64,000 nt of DNA from Escherichia coli (GCF_003790525.1 NZ_CP033635.1); one strand, 5' to 3'. Shown: positions 21,569 to 34,730, numbered from the stretch's first letter. The notes: generated by a model from the letters alone, not told the origin. Translations and numbers: made by a program.

Positions 21569-22007
21569 TAACAATACCGCCCTAAAGAAAGCTGGCCTGA
21601 AAGTAACGCTTCCTCGTTTAAAAATCCTGGAAGTTCTTCAGGAGCCGGACAACCATCACGTCAGTGCGGAAGATTTATACAAACGTCTGATCGATATGGG
21701 TGAAGAAATTGGTCTGGCTACGGTATATCGCGTACTGAACCAGTTTGACGACGCTGGTATCGTCACCCGCCACAATTTTGAAGGCGGTAAATCCGTATTT
21801 GAACTGACACAGCAACATCACCACGATCACCTGATCTGCCTCGACTGCGGCAAGGTAATCGAATTTAGTGATGATTCCATCGAAGCGCGTCAGCGTGAAA
21901 TTGCCGCAAAACATGGCATTCGCCTGACTAACCACAGTCTCTATCTTTACGGTCACTGTGCCGAAGGCGATTGCCGCGAAGATGAGCACGCGCACGAAGG
22001 CAAATAA
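21561..22007 (+). CDS. fur: Ferric uptake regulator Fur
   Basis: 148 aa MTDNNTALKKAGLKVTLPRLKILEVL...; HHHDH and CxxC metal sites. Confidence 0.95.
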   Translation: MTDNNTALKKAGLKVTLPRLKILEVLQEPDNHHVSAEDLYKRLIDMGEEIGLATVYRVLNQFDDAGIVTRHNFEGGKSVFELTQQHHHDHLICLDCGKVIEFSDDSIEARQREIAAKHGIRLTNHSLYLYGHCAEGDCREDEHAHEGK

Positions 22008-22022
22008 GCCAGCCTGAACGAG

Positions 22023-22051
22023 AAAAGCCAACCTGCGGGTTGGCTTTTTTA
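22023..22051. terminator. Bidirectional terminator between fur and chiQ
   Basis: AAAAGCCAACC-tgcg-GGTTGGCTTTTTT, palindrome with A/T runs on both sides. Confidence 0.75.
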
Positions 22052-22090
22052 TGCAAGGGAAATAAGAAAAGCGAGAGTTACAGCTCTCAC

Positions 22091-22417
22091 TTATTTGTTA
22101 TTACTGCGAATTTCCTGCCAGACCTTATCACAATCGGCTTTCACCGCCTGATCATTTCCGGTTTGCGTTGCGCGCAGACACTGCTGATAATCCAGTACGC
22201 GGACACTTTCCTGGTCGGCAAACTGCTGATGTTGTTTCTCTTTCTTCAGCACGTTTAACACGCTCTGGCAGGCTTCAATTTTTTCTGGCGAACCTTGTGC
22301 GGTGTTGATACAGGCGCTGTATGCCTCTTTCAGACGACTGTCTTCCTGTGGCGCGGTTGATTGCACACAAGCTACCAGCCCCGATGCCATTATGGCGATG
22401 AGAATCAGTTTTTTCAT
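22091..22417 (-). CDS. chiQ: Lipoprotein ChiQ (YbfN)
   Basis: 108 aa; signal peptide plus LVAC lipobox; downstream of chiP. Confidence 0.85.
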   Translation of the reverse strand: MKKLILIAIMASGLVACVQSTAPQEDSRLKEAYSACINTAQGSPEKIEACQSVLNVLKKEKQHQQFADQESVRVLDYQQCLRATQTGNDQAVKADCDKVWQEIRSNNK

Positions 22418-22466
22418 AGCAAATTCCTCAAACGTGCGGCAGGCACAAAACCTGCCGCGTCGGGCA

Positions 22467-23873
22467 TCAGAAGATGGTGAATGGTGCGATTACCATAAAT
22501 TTCACGTCACGCTCATCCTGGAAGATGTTGCCGTAACCACCGCCCCAGCTTGGGATGTCGGAGTGGTTGTCGTATTCGGTGAAGTGCAGTTTGAACATCG
22601 TGCCTTTGGCGCGACCGTCCTGAATGGTGTACACCGCATCCAGGCTGTAGGCAGACTCTTCAATAGTCCGGTTTTTATCGTAGTACGCATCCGGATTGCT
22701 CTGCCAGGTCGCAGGTTTAGCATCCCATGCGTAAACGTAGGAAGCGCCGATGGCGAAGCCTGGAAGATTCCAGTTTTTCAGGTCATACATCGCACCGAAG
22801 AAGATCGCTTTTTCGCCGTTGGCGTTGAAGTCGGAACGGTTATCCCACCAGATATCCAGGCGACCGTTCGAGGAAGCGTAGGTTGGAGTCATACGTTGCA
22901 GGAAGTATCCCTGCTGACCGTCAGCCTTAACCCAGGTACCTTCGAGGCGCAAATCCACTACGTCAGCCGCCCGGTAACCAAAGGTCAACGCCTGCAGCCA
23001 GGCGGTGCCGTCATAAAGATCGTTGACGCTGCGATCGTCAACTTTATCGCGCGTACCATAGAACTGGTAGCTGGTGGTTAACGGGCTACCGGCGATATCA
23101 AATTTGTAGCTGGCTTTGGCAAAATATTGATCGATATACCCTTCGGCCTGACCAAACGCCGCTTCCAGTACGAAGTTATTTTTGAAGTCGTACTTCGCCC
23201 CAAGGGAGTGTAGATAATCAACTTTGGTGGTTTTATCGTTCTGATAAAACTCATCCATTTCCAGATGCCACGGTGCTTTGTATTCGTTGGTCCACATGTA
23301 GGAGAAACTCAACGCACCAGCATCGCCATAATCAAAATTCGCCCCGGCTTCCGCCCCCTGATAAGTACCCGGCATAAAGCTCCAGTGCGGCGCTAACAGC
23401 GTTTGACCAGTTGGCTGAATGTAACCTGCCCTCGCCCAAACCGGACCGTATTTAAATTTAGCCGCCGCTTTATACAGACTTATACCGCTTTTATCGCCGG
23501 ACCAGTCTTCGTCATAGGCTTTATTACTTTTTGAAAACGCGATTTCGTTCGGGTGAGAGCTGTCGCCGTTTTCTGCCATTTCAATCGCTGTAAACGCGGC
23601 AATATCCAGACCGAACATATCAGCGGCATAGCCAGACTGAAAATCGAGATTAGCGTTCCAGGTGGAGTGAGAAAGGTTGGTTTTATATTTGTCGCCGTCG
23701 GTAACATCTTTACGGTCGCGTTCACGCTGCCAGTAATAGATACCGCCGGTTAAGGTTGAATCGTCGATGAATCCTTCGGCGCGAGCCTCCGGAATTGCCA
23801 TAAAGCCCGACATAGCTGTAACACCGGCGATAGCCAGCGCCAGCGTACTACGTTTGCCACTAAACGCACGCAT
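22467..23873 (-). CDS. chiP: Chitooligosaccharide porin ChiP (YbfM), OprD-like outer-membrane barrel
   Basis: 468 aa with signal peptide, aromatic-rich beta-barrel sequence, C-terminal F. Confidence 0.9.
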   Translation of the reverse strand: MRAFSGKRSTLALAIAGVTAMSGFMAIPEARAEGFIDDSTLTGGIYYWQRERDRKDVTDGDKYKTNLSHSTWNANLDFQSGYAADMFGLDIAAFTAIEMAENGDSSHPNEIAFSKSNKAYDEDWSGDKSGISLYKAAAKFKYGPVWARAGYIQPTGQTLLAPHWSFMPGTYQGAEAGANFDYGDAGALSFSYMWTNEYKAPWHLEMDEFYQNDKTTKVDYLHSLGAKYDFKNNFVLEAAFGQAEGYIDQYFAKASYKFDIAGSPLTTSYQFYGTRDKVDDRSVNDLYDGTAWLQALTFGYRAADVVDLRLEGTWVKADGQQGYFLQRMTPTYASSNGRLDIWWDNRSDFNANGEKAIFFGAMYDLKNWNLPGFAIGASYVYAWDAKPATWQSNPDAYYDKNRTIEESAYSLDAVYTIQDGRAKGTMFKLHFTEYDNHSDIPSWGGGYGNIFQDERDVKFMVIAPFTIF

Positions 23874-24224
23874 GGGTTAATCCTCTTTGACGTATAAATT
23901 GCTGCACCAAAGGTGAACAGCGAAAAAAATAAAAATTAAAAAAGTAGCGTTGAGAAAAGTCTCGCTGACTACAGGAACAGACTATTTTTCGCGACGCGAA
24001 TTATCAATCTCTTTCTGTAACCAGAATGTAATAACATGAGCAACCGCACATATTTTGATGATTTTTGTTACAAGGCTTAAGTTTGCAGTTGAAAGGCTTG
24101 CAGAAGAATAAAAACGTGAAATTCCAGCAAGATGAAAGCGGTTACATTTTATTTAATTATGATTTGTAATTTTAAATTTGCTTTATGAATAAATTACGAA
24201 GCGGAATTAATTCGCGAAGAAAAG

Positions 24225-24256
24225 CAGAAAAAAAACGCCGCGGAGCGCGGCGTTTG
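24225..24256 (-). terminator. glnS rho-independent terminator
   Basis: AACGCCGCG-gag-CGCGGCGTT hairpin with T-run on the minus strand. Confidence 0.65.
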
Positions 24257-24275
24257 GGTTTGTTTGCTATTTTTT

Positions 24276-24309
24276 GCCGGATGCGGCGTGAACGCTCTAT
24301 CCGACAACG
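24276..24309. repeat. REP element just downstream of glnS
   Basis: GCCGGATGCGGCGTGAACGCTCTATCCGACAACG. Confidence 0.65.
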
Positions 24310-24314
24310 TAAAC

Positions 24315-25979
24315 TTACTCGCCTACTTTCGCCCAGGTATCACGCAGCCCAACGGTGCGGTTAAATACCGGTTTTTCCGCCGTAGAATGGCGGCTGTCGA
24401 GGCAGAAGTAACCTTCACGCTCAAACTGGAATGCTTTACCCGCAACCGCATCTTTCAGCGACGGTTCAGCAAAGCCCTGTTTGATCACCAGCGATTCCGG
24501 GTTAATCACCGACAGGAAATCATCCGCAGCACCAGGGTTCGGCACGCTGAACAGACGGTCATACAAACGGATTTCAACCGGCAGCGCATGTGCCGCGCTC
24601 ACCCAGTGAATAACACCTTTGACTTTACGACCATCTGCCGGATCTTTGCTTAAGGTGTCGGCGTCATAAGTACAGAAGATGGTGGTGATATTGCCTTCGG
24701 CATCTTTCTCCACGCGTTCTGCCTTAATGACGTAAGCATTACGCAGACGCACTTCTTTACCCAGCACCAGACGTTTGTACTGCTTGTTAGCTTCTTCGCG
24801 GAAATCGGCGCGATCGATCCAAATCTCACCGCTAAATGGCACCTGGCGGCTGCCCATTTCCGGTTTATTCGGATGGTTCGGCATGGTAACCATTTCGCCT
24901 TCGCCCTGGTAGTTTTCGATAACCAGTTTCACCGGATCGATAACCGCCATTGCGCGCGGCGCATTTTCGTTGAGATCTTCACGGATGCAGGATTCCAGCG
25001 ACGCCATCTCAATGGTGTTGTCCTGCTTGGTCACGCCGATGCGTTTGCAGAACTCACGAATAGAAGCTGCAGTGTAACCACGACGACGCAGACCGGAAAT
25101 GGTCGGCATACGCGGGTCATCCCAGCCTTCAACGTGCTTGTCGGTCACCAGCAGGTTCAGCTTACGCTTGGACATCACAGTGTATTCCAGATTCAGGCGC
25201 GAGAATTCGTACTGGCGCGGGTGAACAGGAATGGTGATGTTGTCCAGCACCCAGTCGTACAGGCGACGGTTGTCCTGGAACTCAAGCGTACACAGAGAGT
25301 GCGTAATACCTTCCAGCGCATCGCTGATGCAGTGGGTAAAGTCGTACATCGGGTAGATGCACCACTTGTTGCCAGTCTGGTGGTGTTCAGCAAACTTAAT
25401 GCGGTACAGCACCGGATCGCGCATCACGATAAACGGCGAAGCCATGTCGATCTTCGCACGCAGGCAGGCTTTACCTTCTTCAAAACCGCCGGTACGCATT
25501 TTCTCGAACAGCGCCAGGTTCTCTTCAACGCTGCGATCGCGGTACGGGCTGTTTTTACCCGGCTGCGTCAGGGTGCCACGGTATTCGCGGATCTGTTCCG
25601 GTGTCAGTTCATCAACGTACGCCAGGCCTTTATTGATCAGTTCGATCGCATAGGCGTGGAGCTGATCAAAATAATCGGAGGAGTAACGGACGTTACCAGA
25701 CCAGTGAAAACCTAACCACTCAACGTCGTTTTTGATCGACTCAACATACTCGATATCTTCTTTTACCGGGTTAGTGTCGTCGAAACGCAGGTTGCACTGG
25801 CCTTTATAGTCCTGGGCGATCCCGAAGTTCAGGCAGATAGATTTCGCATGGCCAATATGCAGATAGCCATTCGGCTCCGGCGGGAAACGGGTGTGTACTG
25901 TGGTGTGCTTACCACTGGCCAGATCTTCATCGATGATCTGACGAATAAAGTTAGTCGGGCGGGCTTCTGCCTCACTCAT
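24315..25979 (-). CDS. glnS: Glutaminyl-tRNA synthetase
   Basis: 554 aa; class I HIGH motif ([12 protein letters not shown]) and KMSKS-like VMSKR. Confidence 0.95.
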   Translation of the reverse strand: MSEAEARPTNFIRQIIDEDLASGKHTTVHTRFPPEPNGYLHIGHAKSICLNFGIAQDYKGQCNLRFDDTNPVKEDIEYVESIKNDVEWLGFHWSGNVRYSSDYFDQLHAYAIELINKGLAYVDELTPEQIREYRGTLTQPGKNSPYRDRSVEENLALFEKMRTGGFEEGKACLRAKIDMASPFIVMRDPVLYRIKFAEHHQTGNKWCIYPMYDFTHCISDALEGITHSLCTLEFQDNRRLYDWVLDNITIPVHPRQYEFSRLNLEYTVMSKRKLNLLVTDKHVEGWDDPRMPTISGLRRRGYTAASIREFCKRIGVTKQDNTIEMASLESCIREDLNENAPRAMAVIDPVKLVIENYQGEGEMVTMPNHPNKPEMGSRQVPFSGEIWIDRADFREEANKQYKRLVLGKEVRLRNAYVIKAERVEKDAEGNITTIFCTYDADTLSKDPADGRKVKGVIHWVSAAHALPVEIRLYDRLFSVPNPGAADDFLSVINPESLVIKQGFAEPSLKDAVAGKAFQFEREGYFCLDSRHSTAEKPVFNRTVGLRDTWAKVGE

Positions 25980-26096
25980 CGTGGATTCCTCAAAGCGTAA
26001 ACAACGTATAACGGCGTATGATCTTATAAGCGGGACAGGCTGACAACTGTTAGTTAGTGAAAATCGACAATCTCACTGAGATTATGGGGATTATTG

Positions 26097-26132
26097 ATGA
26101 AAAAAAAAGCGGCAGAGAAGATCTCCACCGCT
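26097..26132 (-). terminator. Probable nagE terminator
   Basis: Imperfect hairpin GCGGCAGAGA...TCTCCACCGC with T-run on minus strand. Confidence 0.4.
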
Positions 26133-26138
26133 TGTCAT

Positions 26139-26172
26139 TGTTGGATGCGACGCTCAAGCGTCGCATCAGGCA
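26139..26172. repeat. REP element downstream of nagE
   Basis: TGTTGGATGCGACGCTCAAGCGTCGCATCAGGCA. Confidence 0.6.
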
Positions 26173-26181
26173 TAAAGAAGA

Positions 26182-28128
26182 TTACTTTTTGATTTCATAC
26201 AGCGGCGTTTGACCCGCCACGACATGGCCCTGAGCTTTAATGATCAAGCCGCTGAAATCGTCGATATTGCTGCAAACCACCGGGCTAATCATCGAGCGGG
26301 CGTTTTCGTTCAGATAATCCAGATCCATTTCCAGAATCGGTTGCCCTGCGCTTACTTGCGCGCCCTCTTCCACCAGACGTTTAAAGCCTTTACCTTCCAG
26401 CGCTACGGTGTCGATACCCATATGGACGACAATCTCCGCGCCTTTTTCAGTTTCCAGGCAGAATGCGTGGTTGGTGTTGAAGATTTTCACGATAGTCCCT
26501 GCGGCTGGTGATACGACGATTTTATCTGTCGGTTTCACCGCCACACCGTCACCCACCGCTTTGCTGGCGAATGCTTCGTCAGGAACCTGATCCAGTGCCA
26601 CAACATCACCGGTAATCGGCGATACCAGCTCCGCGATAGATACTGCGTTTGGTACAGCCTGCGGTTTTGCTACAGGCGCGGCAGTTGCCGGAGCAGTTTC
26701 AGCAGAGGCAGCGGCTACCGGACCGCGGGCAACGACTTTCTTCATCGCATCGCCGATGGATTCTGCTTTCGCGCCAACAATCACCTGAATAGTCTGTTTG
26801 TTCAGTTTCACTACCCCAGAAGCACCCAGACGTTTACACATCGTATCGTTAACGCGGGCAGAGTCAGCCACTGTAAGGCGCAGACGGGTGATACAGGCGT
26901 CAATTGCTTTCAGGTTGTCAGTGCCGCCAACCGCAGCAATATAGTTGGTTGCCAGTTGATTGAGACCTTCTTCAGTATTGCTGTTAGCCTCTTCAGTAAC
27001 GATCTCGTCTTCTTTATCTTCACGACCTGGCGTTTTCAGGTTGAACATGCGGATAACCAAACTGAACACCACGAAGTAGATAGCGAAGAAGACAACCCCC
27101 ATCACCAGCAGCATCCAGACGTTCTGGCTGGCGGCCGGCAGGTTATACATCAACGCGTAGTCGATAGCCCCCGCAGAGAAAGAGAAGCCGGCATGGATAC
27201 CCAGCAACGTTGCCACAAACAGGCTGATACCGGTCAGCAGTGCGTGCAGGAGGTACAGCAGCGGTGCAAGGAACATGAACAGGAATTCCAGCGGCTCAGT
27301 CACACCGGTCAGGAACGCAGTAACAGCAACAGAAAGCAGCATCCCGCCAACCATCGGACGGCGCTCTTTCGGTGCTGCAAAGTACATCGCCAGCGCCGCA
27401 CCCGGCAGACCGAACATCATGATCGGGAAGAAGCCGGACATGAACATCCCCGCGGTGCCGTCACCGGCATAGAAGCGGTTGATGTCACCGTGAAAAACCG
27501 TACCCGCCGCGTTGGTGAATTCACCAATCTGGAACCAGGCGATGGTGTTCAGTACCTGATGCAGACCGGTTGGGATCAGCAGACGGTTGATGAAACCAAA
27601 GATACCGGAACCCAGCGCGCCCGCAGAAACGATCCACTCGCCGCCTGCATGGATAGCGTGCTGTACCGGCGGCCAGACGTAACCAAAAATGGCCGCCAGC
27701 ACCAGGCAGAAGAAGCCGGTGGCAATCGGCACAAAGCGTTTGCCGCCGAAGAAACTCAGGAAGTCCGGCAGTTTAATATCGGACCAACGGTTATAAGCTG
27801 CGCCACCAACCAGACCGGTAATGATACCCGCCAGTACACCCATGTTAATTTCTGGGTTGATGGTCACCATCGCTTTGGTTAACACAAAGTAACCTACCGC
27901 ACCCGCCAGTGCCGCCGCACCTGCGCTGTCTTTCGACCAGCTGGATGCCACACCGATGGCGAAGATTAATGCGAGGTTATCAAAAATCGCACCGCCCGCC
28001 TGGGCAATAAACGCAACGTTAAGTAAATCTGGCTGACCGAATCGCAGCAACAGCGCCGCCACCGGCAGCACCGCGATAGGGAGCTGTAACGCCCTACCGA
28101 GTCGCTGGAAAAAACCTAAAATATTCAT
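26182..28128 (-). CDS. nagE: PTS N-acetylglucosamine-specific EIICBA
   Basis: 648 aa; EIIC membrane domain, EIIB Cys region, EIIA C-terminus. Confidence 0.95.
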   Translation of the reverse strand: MNILGFFQRLGRALQLPIAVLPVAALLLRFGQPDLLNVAFIAQAGGAIFDNLALIFAIGVASSWSKDSAGAAALAGAVGYFVLTKAMVTINPEINMGVLAGIITGLVGGAAYNRWSDIKLPDFLSFFGGKRFVPIATGFFCLVLAAIFGYVWPPVQHAIHAGGEWIVSAGALGSGIFGFINRLLIPTGLHQVLNTIAWFQIGEFTNAAGTVFHGDINRFYAGDGTAGMFMSGFFPIMMFGLPGAALAMYFAAPKERRPMVGGMLLSVAVTAFLTGVTEPLEFLFMFLAPLLYLLHALLTGISLFVATLLGIHAGFSFSAGAIDYALMYNLPAASQNVWMLLVMGVVFFAIYFVVFSLVIRMFNLKTPGREDKEDEIVTEEANSNTEEGLNQLATNYIAAVGGTDNLKAIDACITRLRLTVADSARVNDTMCKRLGASGVVKLNKQTIQVIVGAKAESIGDAMKKVVARGPVAAASAETAPATAAPVAKPQAVPNAVSIAELVSPITGDVVALDQVPDEAFASKAVGDGVAVKPTDKIVVSPAAGTIVKIFNTNHAFCLETEKGAEIVVHMGIDTVALEGKGFKRLVEEGAQVSAGQPILEMDLDYLNENARSMISPVVCSNIDDFSGLIIKAQGHVVAGQTPLYEIKK

Positions 28129-28246
28129 CTTATTCCCCCTACGAGAACCCTATTTGGCTCGTTTAAAGCCGTATTTTTATTTTGCTGCAAATTGTACTGC
28201 CGATGTTCTGTAATCAGATTGTTAGATCATCTGCTACAGAGTGTGT

Positions 28247-28370
28247 GAAAATTTAATTCGTATCGCAAATTAAACGCGTGTCTTTTGTGAGTTTTGTCAC
28301 CAAATATCGTTATCATCACTCCCTTTTACTGGCTAAACCAGAAAACTTATTTTATCATTCAAAAAATCAG
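28247..28370. promoter_or_regulatory. nagE/nagB divergent control region: CRP site flanked by two candidate NagC operators
   Basis: CRP-like TGTGAgttttgTCAC at 28286..28300; palindromic TTTAATTCGTATCGCAAATTAAA at 28251..28273; AT-rich TTATTTTATCATTCAAAAAATCA near 28346..28368. Confidence 0.45.
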
Positions 28371-28460
28371 GTCGGATTGACGCCTGTCTGCGCAAATCCA
28401 GGTTACGCTTAAAGATGCCTAATCCGCCAACGGCTTACATTTTACTTATTGAGGTGAATA

Positions 28461-30469
<2,009 letters not shown>

Positions 30470-30477
30470 GAGAAAGT

Positions 30478-31698
30478 ATGACACCAGGCGGACAAGCTCA
30501 GATAGGTAATGTTGATCTCGTAAAACAGCTTAACAGCGCGGCGGTTTATCGCCTGATTGACCAGTACGGGCCAATCTCGCGGATTCAGATTGCCGAGCAA
30601 AGTCAGCTTGCCCCCGCCAGCGTAACCAAAATTACGCGTCAGCTTATCGAACGCGGGCTGATCAAAGAAGTTGATCAGCAGGCCTCCACCGGGGGCCGCC
30701 GCGCTATCTCTATCGTCACCGAAACCCGCAATTTCCACGCAATCGGCGTACGGCTTGGTCGTCACGACGCCACCATCACTCTGTTTGATCTTAGTAGCAA
30801 AGTGCTGGCAGAAGAACATTACCCGCTGCCGGAACGTACCCAGCAGACGCTGGAACATGCCCTGCTGAATGCCATTGCTCAGTTTATTGATAGCTACCAG
30901 CGCAAGCTGCGCGAGCTGATCGCCATTTCCGTGATCCTGCCAGGGCTTGTTGACCCGGACAGCGGTAAAATTCATTACATGCCGCATATTCAGGTGGAAA
31001 ACTGGGGGCTGGTAGAAGCACTGGAAGAGCGTTTTAAAGTGACCTGTTTTGTCGGCCACGATATCCGCAGTCTGGCGCTGGCAGAGCACTACTTCGGTGC
31101 AAGTCAGGATTGCGAAGACTCCATTCTGGTGCGTGTCCATCGCGGAACCGGGGCCGGGATTATCTCTAACGGGCGAATTTTTATCGGGCGCAACGGCAAC
31201 GTCGGTGAAATTGGCCATATTCAGGTCGAACCGCTGGGTGAACGCTGCCACTGTGGCAACTTTGGCTGCCTGGAAACTATCGCCGCCAACGCTGCCATTG
31301 AACAACGGGTGTTGAATCTGTTAAAGCAGGGCTACCAGAGCCGCGTGCCGCTGGACGACTGCACCATCAAAACTATCTGCAAAGCCGCGAACAAAGGCGA
31401 TAGCCTGGCGTCGGAAGTGATTGAGTATGTCGGTCGTCATCTGGGCAAAACCATCGCCATTGCCATCAACCTGTTTAACCCGCAAAAGATTGTTATTGCC
31501 GGAGAAATCACCGAAGCCGATAAAGTGCTGCTCCCTGCTATTGAAAGCTGCATTAATACCCAGGCGCTGAAGGCGTTTCGTACTAATCTGCCGGTGGTAC
31601 GTTCTGAGCTGGATCACCGCTCGGCAATCGGCGCTTTTGCGCTGGTAAAACGCGCCATGCTCAACGGTATTTTGCTCCAGCATTTGCTGGAAAATTAA
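30478..31698 (+). CDS. nagC: ROK-family transcriptional repressor NagC
   Basis: 406 aa; N-terminal HTH, ROK sugar-kinase-like domain with CxCGxxGC. Confidence 0.95.
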   Translation: MTPGGQAQIGNVDLVKQLNSAAVYRLIDQYGPISRIQIAEQSQLAPASVTKITRQLIERGLIKEVDQQASTGGRRAISIVTETRNFHAIGVRLGRHDATITLFDLSSKVLAEEHYPLPERTQQTLEHALLNAIAQFIDSYQRKLRELIAISVILPGLVDPDSGKIHYMPHIQVENWGLVEALEERFKVTCFVGHDIRSLALAEHYFGASQDCEDSILVRVHRGTGAGIISNGRIFIGRNGNVGEIGHIQVEPLGERCHCGNFGCLETIAANAAIEQRVLNLLKQGYQSRVPLDDCTIKTICKAANKGDSLASEVIEYVGRHLGKTIAIAINLFNPQKIVIAGEITEADKVLLPAIESCINTQALKAFRTNLPVVRSELDHRSAIGAFALVKRAMLNGILLQHLLEN

Positions 31699-31745
31699 TG
31701 TGCTTTTATAGTGGCGCTTATTGTTGTCAATATTCTGGGTAGTCC

Positions 31746-32498
31746 ATGACCATTAAAAATGTAATTTGCGATATCGACGGCGTGCTGATGCACGATAACG
31801 TCGCCGTACCGGGTGCAGCGGAATTTTTGCACGGGATTATGGATAAAGGCCTGCCGCTGGTGTTGCTGACCAACTATCCTTCGCAGACCGGGCAAGATCT
31901 GGCGAACCGCTTTGCCACTGCGGGTGTCGATGTGCCGGACAGCGTGTTTTATACCTCCGCGATGGCGACCGCCGATTTCCTGCGTCGCCAGGAAGGCAAG
32001 AAAGCGTATGTGGTGGGCGAAGGCGCACTGATTCATGAACTGTACAAAGCCGGTTTCACTATTACCGATGTGAACCCTGATTTTGTGATTGTTGGCGAAA
32101 CGCGTTCCTACAACTGGGACATGATGCATAAAGCAGCCTATTTCGTCGCTAACGGTGCACGCTTTATCGCCACCAACCCGGACACCCACGGGCGCGGTTT
32201 TTATCCGGCCTGTGGCGCGTTGTGTGCAGGCATCGAAAAAATCTCCGGACGTAAACCGTTCTATGTTGGTAAGCCGAGTCCGTGGATCATCCGCGCAGCA
32301 TTAAACAAAATGCAGGCGCATTCGGAAGAAACGGTGATTGTCGGCGATAACTTGCGCACCGACATTCTGGCGGGCTTCCAGGCGGGTCTGGAGACGATTC
32401 TGGTGCTTTCTGGTGTTTCATCGCTCGACGATATCGACAGTATGCCGTTCCGCCCAAGCTGGATTTACCCGTCGGTCGCTGAAATCGACGTTATCTGA
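31746..32498 (+). CDS. nagD: HAD-family UMP phosphatase NagD/UmpH
   Basis: 250 aa; HAD motif I DIDGVL. Confidence 0.9.
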   Translation: MTIKNVICDIDGVLMHDNVAVPGAAEFLHGIMDKGLPLVLLTNYPSQTGQDLANRFATAGVDVPDSVFYTSAMATADFLRRQEGKKAYVVGEGALIHELYKAGFTITDVNPDFVIVGETRSYNWDMMHKAAYFVANGARFIATNPDTHGRGFYPACGALCAGIEKISGRKPFYVGKPSPWIIRAALNKMQAHSEETVIVGDNLRTDILAGFQAGLETILVLSGVSSLDDIDSMPFRPSWIYPSVAEIDVI

Positions 32499-32502
32499 AT
32501 AG

Positions 32503-32536
32503 CAACCACGCCTCAGGGCGTGGTTTCTTATTTTTA
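32503..32536 (+). terminator. nag operon terminator
   Basis: CCACGCC-tcag-GGCGTGG followed by TTTCTTATTTTT. Confidence 0.65.
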
Positions 32537-32754
32537 GCCATCATTAAAATCATCCTATTCAATAAAACCCGCCCAAAATTATCGATCCATCAATAAATAC
32601 GTCACCACACCCTATCCTTTTTCACAAATCAGCAATCGCCATTACGTTTTTTATTTTTCCACCGCCAAATCGCTTGCGCACAGTGCTGCTTTGCGGCATT
32701 TTTTTAAACAAGCAAACACAACAAGCAACAAATACCAGGTTAACGGAGAAGGTT

Positions 32755-34419
32755 ATGTGTTCAATTTTTGGCGTATTCGATATCAAAACAGACGCAGTTG
32801 AGCTGCGGAAGAAAGCCCTCGAGCTGTCACGCCTGATGCGTCATCGTGGCCCGGACTGGTCCGGTATTTATGCCAGCGATAACGCCATTCTCGCTCACGA
32901 ACGTCTGTCAATTGTTGACGTTAACGCAGGGGCGCAACCTCTCTACAACCAACAAAAAACCCACGTACTGGCGGTAAACGGTGAAATCTACAACCACCAG
33001 GCACTGCGCGCCGAATATGGCGATCGTTATCAGTTCCAGACCGGATCTGACTGCGAAGTGATCCTCGCGCTGTATCAGGAAAAAGGGCCGGAATTTCTTG
33101 ACGACTTGCAGGGCATGTTTGCCTTTGCCCTGTACGACAGCGAAAAAGATGCCTACCTGATTGGTCGCGACCATCTGGGGATCATCCCACTGTATATGGG
33201 CTATGACGAACATGGTCAGCTGTATGTGGCCTCAGAAATGAAAGCCCTGGTGCCGGTATGCCGCACGATTAAAGAGTTCCCGGCGGGGAGCTATTTGTGG
33301 AGTCAGGACGGCGAAATCCGTTCTTATTATCATCGCGACTGGTTCGACTACGATGCGGTGAAAGATAACGTGACCGACAAAAACGAGCTGCGTCAGGCAC
33401 TGGAAGATTCCGTTAAAAGCCATCTGATGTCTGATGTGCCTTACGGTGTGCTGCTATCTGGTGGCCTGGATTCCTCAATCATTTCCGCTATCACCAAGAA
33501 ATACGCCGCCCGTCGCGTGGAAGATCAGGAACGCTCTGAAGCCTGGTGGCCGCAGCTGCACTCCTTTGCTGTAGGTCTGCCGGGTTCACCGGATCTGAAG
33601 GCAGCCCAGGAAGTGGCAAACCATCTGGGCACTGTGCATCATGAAATTCACTTCACTGTACAGGAAGGTCTGGACGCCATCCGCGACGTGATTTACCACA
33701 TCGAAACCTATGACGTGACGACAATCCGCGCTTCAACACCGATGTATTTAATGTCGCGTAAGATCAAGGCGATGGGCATTAAAATGGTGCTGTCCGGTGA
33801 AGGATCTGATGAAGTGTTTGGCGGTTATCTTTACTTCCACAAAGCGCCGAATGCCAAAGAACTGCATGAAGAGACGGTGCGTAAACTGCTGGCCCTGCAT
33901 ATGTATGACTGCGCGCGTGCCAACAAAGCGATGTCAGCCTGGGGCGTGGAAGCACGCGTTCCGTTCCTCGACAAAAAATTCCTCGACGTGGCGATGCGCA
34001 TTAACCCACAGGATAAAATGTGCGGTAACGGCAAAATGGAAAAACACATCCTGCGTGAATGTTTTGAAGCGTATCTGCCCGCAAGCGTGGCCTGGCGGCA
34101 GAAAGAGCAGTTCTCCGATGGCGTCGGTTACAGTTGGATCGACACCCTGAAAGAAGTGGCGGCGCAGCAGGTTTCTGATCAACAGCTGGAAACTGCCCGC
34201 TTCCGCTTCCCGTACAACACACCGACCTCAAAAGAAGCGTATCTGTACCGGGAGATCTTTGAAGAACTGTTCCCGCTTCCGAGCGCCGCTGAGTGCGTGC
34301 CGGGCGGTCCTTCCGTCGCGTGTTCTTCCGCTAAAGCGATTGAGTGGGATGAAGCGTTCAAGAAAATGGACGATCCGTCTGGTCGCGCGGTTGGTGTTCA
34401 CCAGTCGGCATATAAATAA
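32755..34419 (+). CDS. asnB: Asparagine synthetase B (glutamine-hydrolysing)
   Basis: 554 aa from MCSIFGVFD (N-terminal Cys nucleophile); PP-loop SGGLDSS; ORF-track start 32674 is an extension. Confidence 0.95.
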   Translation: MCSIFGVFDIKTDAVELRKKALELSRLMRHRGPDWSGIYASDNAILAHERLSIVDVNAGAQPLYNQQKTHVLAVNGEIYNHQALRAEYGDRYQFQTGSDCEVILALYQEKGPEFLDDLQGMFAFALYDSEKDAYLIGRDHLGIIPLYMGYDEHGQLYVASEMKALVPVCRTIKEFPAGSYLWSQDGEIRSYYHRDWFDYDAVKDNVTDKNELRQALEDSVKSHLMSDVPYGVLLSGGLDSSIISAITKKYAARRVEDQERSEAWWPQLHSFAVGLPGSPDLKAAQEVANHLGTVHHEIHFTVQEGLDAIRDVIYHIETYDVTTIRASTPMYLMSRKIKAMGIKMVLSGEGSDEVFGGYLYFHKAPNAKELHEETVRKLLALHMYDCARANKAMSAWGVEARVPFLDKKFLDVAMRINPQDKMCGNGKMEKHILRECFEAYLPASVAWRQKEQFSDGVGYSWIDTLKEVAAQQVSDQQLETARFRFPYNTPTSKEAYLYREIFEELFPLPSAAECVPGGPSVACSSAKAIEWDEAFKKMDDPSGRAVGVHQSAYK

Positions 34420-34430
34420 GACGTATAATA

Positions 34431-34457
34431 TTGCCCCGGAGAAATCCGGGGCAATTT
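34431..34457 (+). terminator. asnB terminator
   Basis: GCCCCGGA-gaaa-TCCGGGGC followed by AATTT. Confidence 0.6.
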
Positions 34458-34730
34458 CAGTTACTGGGGCGCTTGTTGATTCTGATATGCAGTAAGGAAA
34501 TGTTCCGGGTTTGCCACATCGCTGTTTGACAACTCATTACTGTAGGCCAGTATTTCATAGATTAATTTCCCACCACTATTGTTGAATTCCGAATTTCATC
34601 CTGTATGACAAAAGAATGGCTGTAGGGTGGGGAAAAAACACAAAGTAAACAATAATTGACGAATATAGCGCCACGCTGTTCGCAACCTAACCAAACAGTC
34701 ACTTTCGAGCAATTTTCCTTGAAAAAGAGG

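Noticed and set aside
22302-23081. 259-aa ORF on the plus strand
   Set aside because: Antisense to chiQ/chiP.
24873-25715. 280-aa ORF on the plus strand
   Set aside because: Antisense to glnS.
26956-27882. 308-aa ORF on the plus strand
   Set aside because: Antisense to nagE; R/H/Q-rich artefact.
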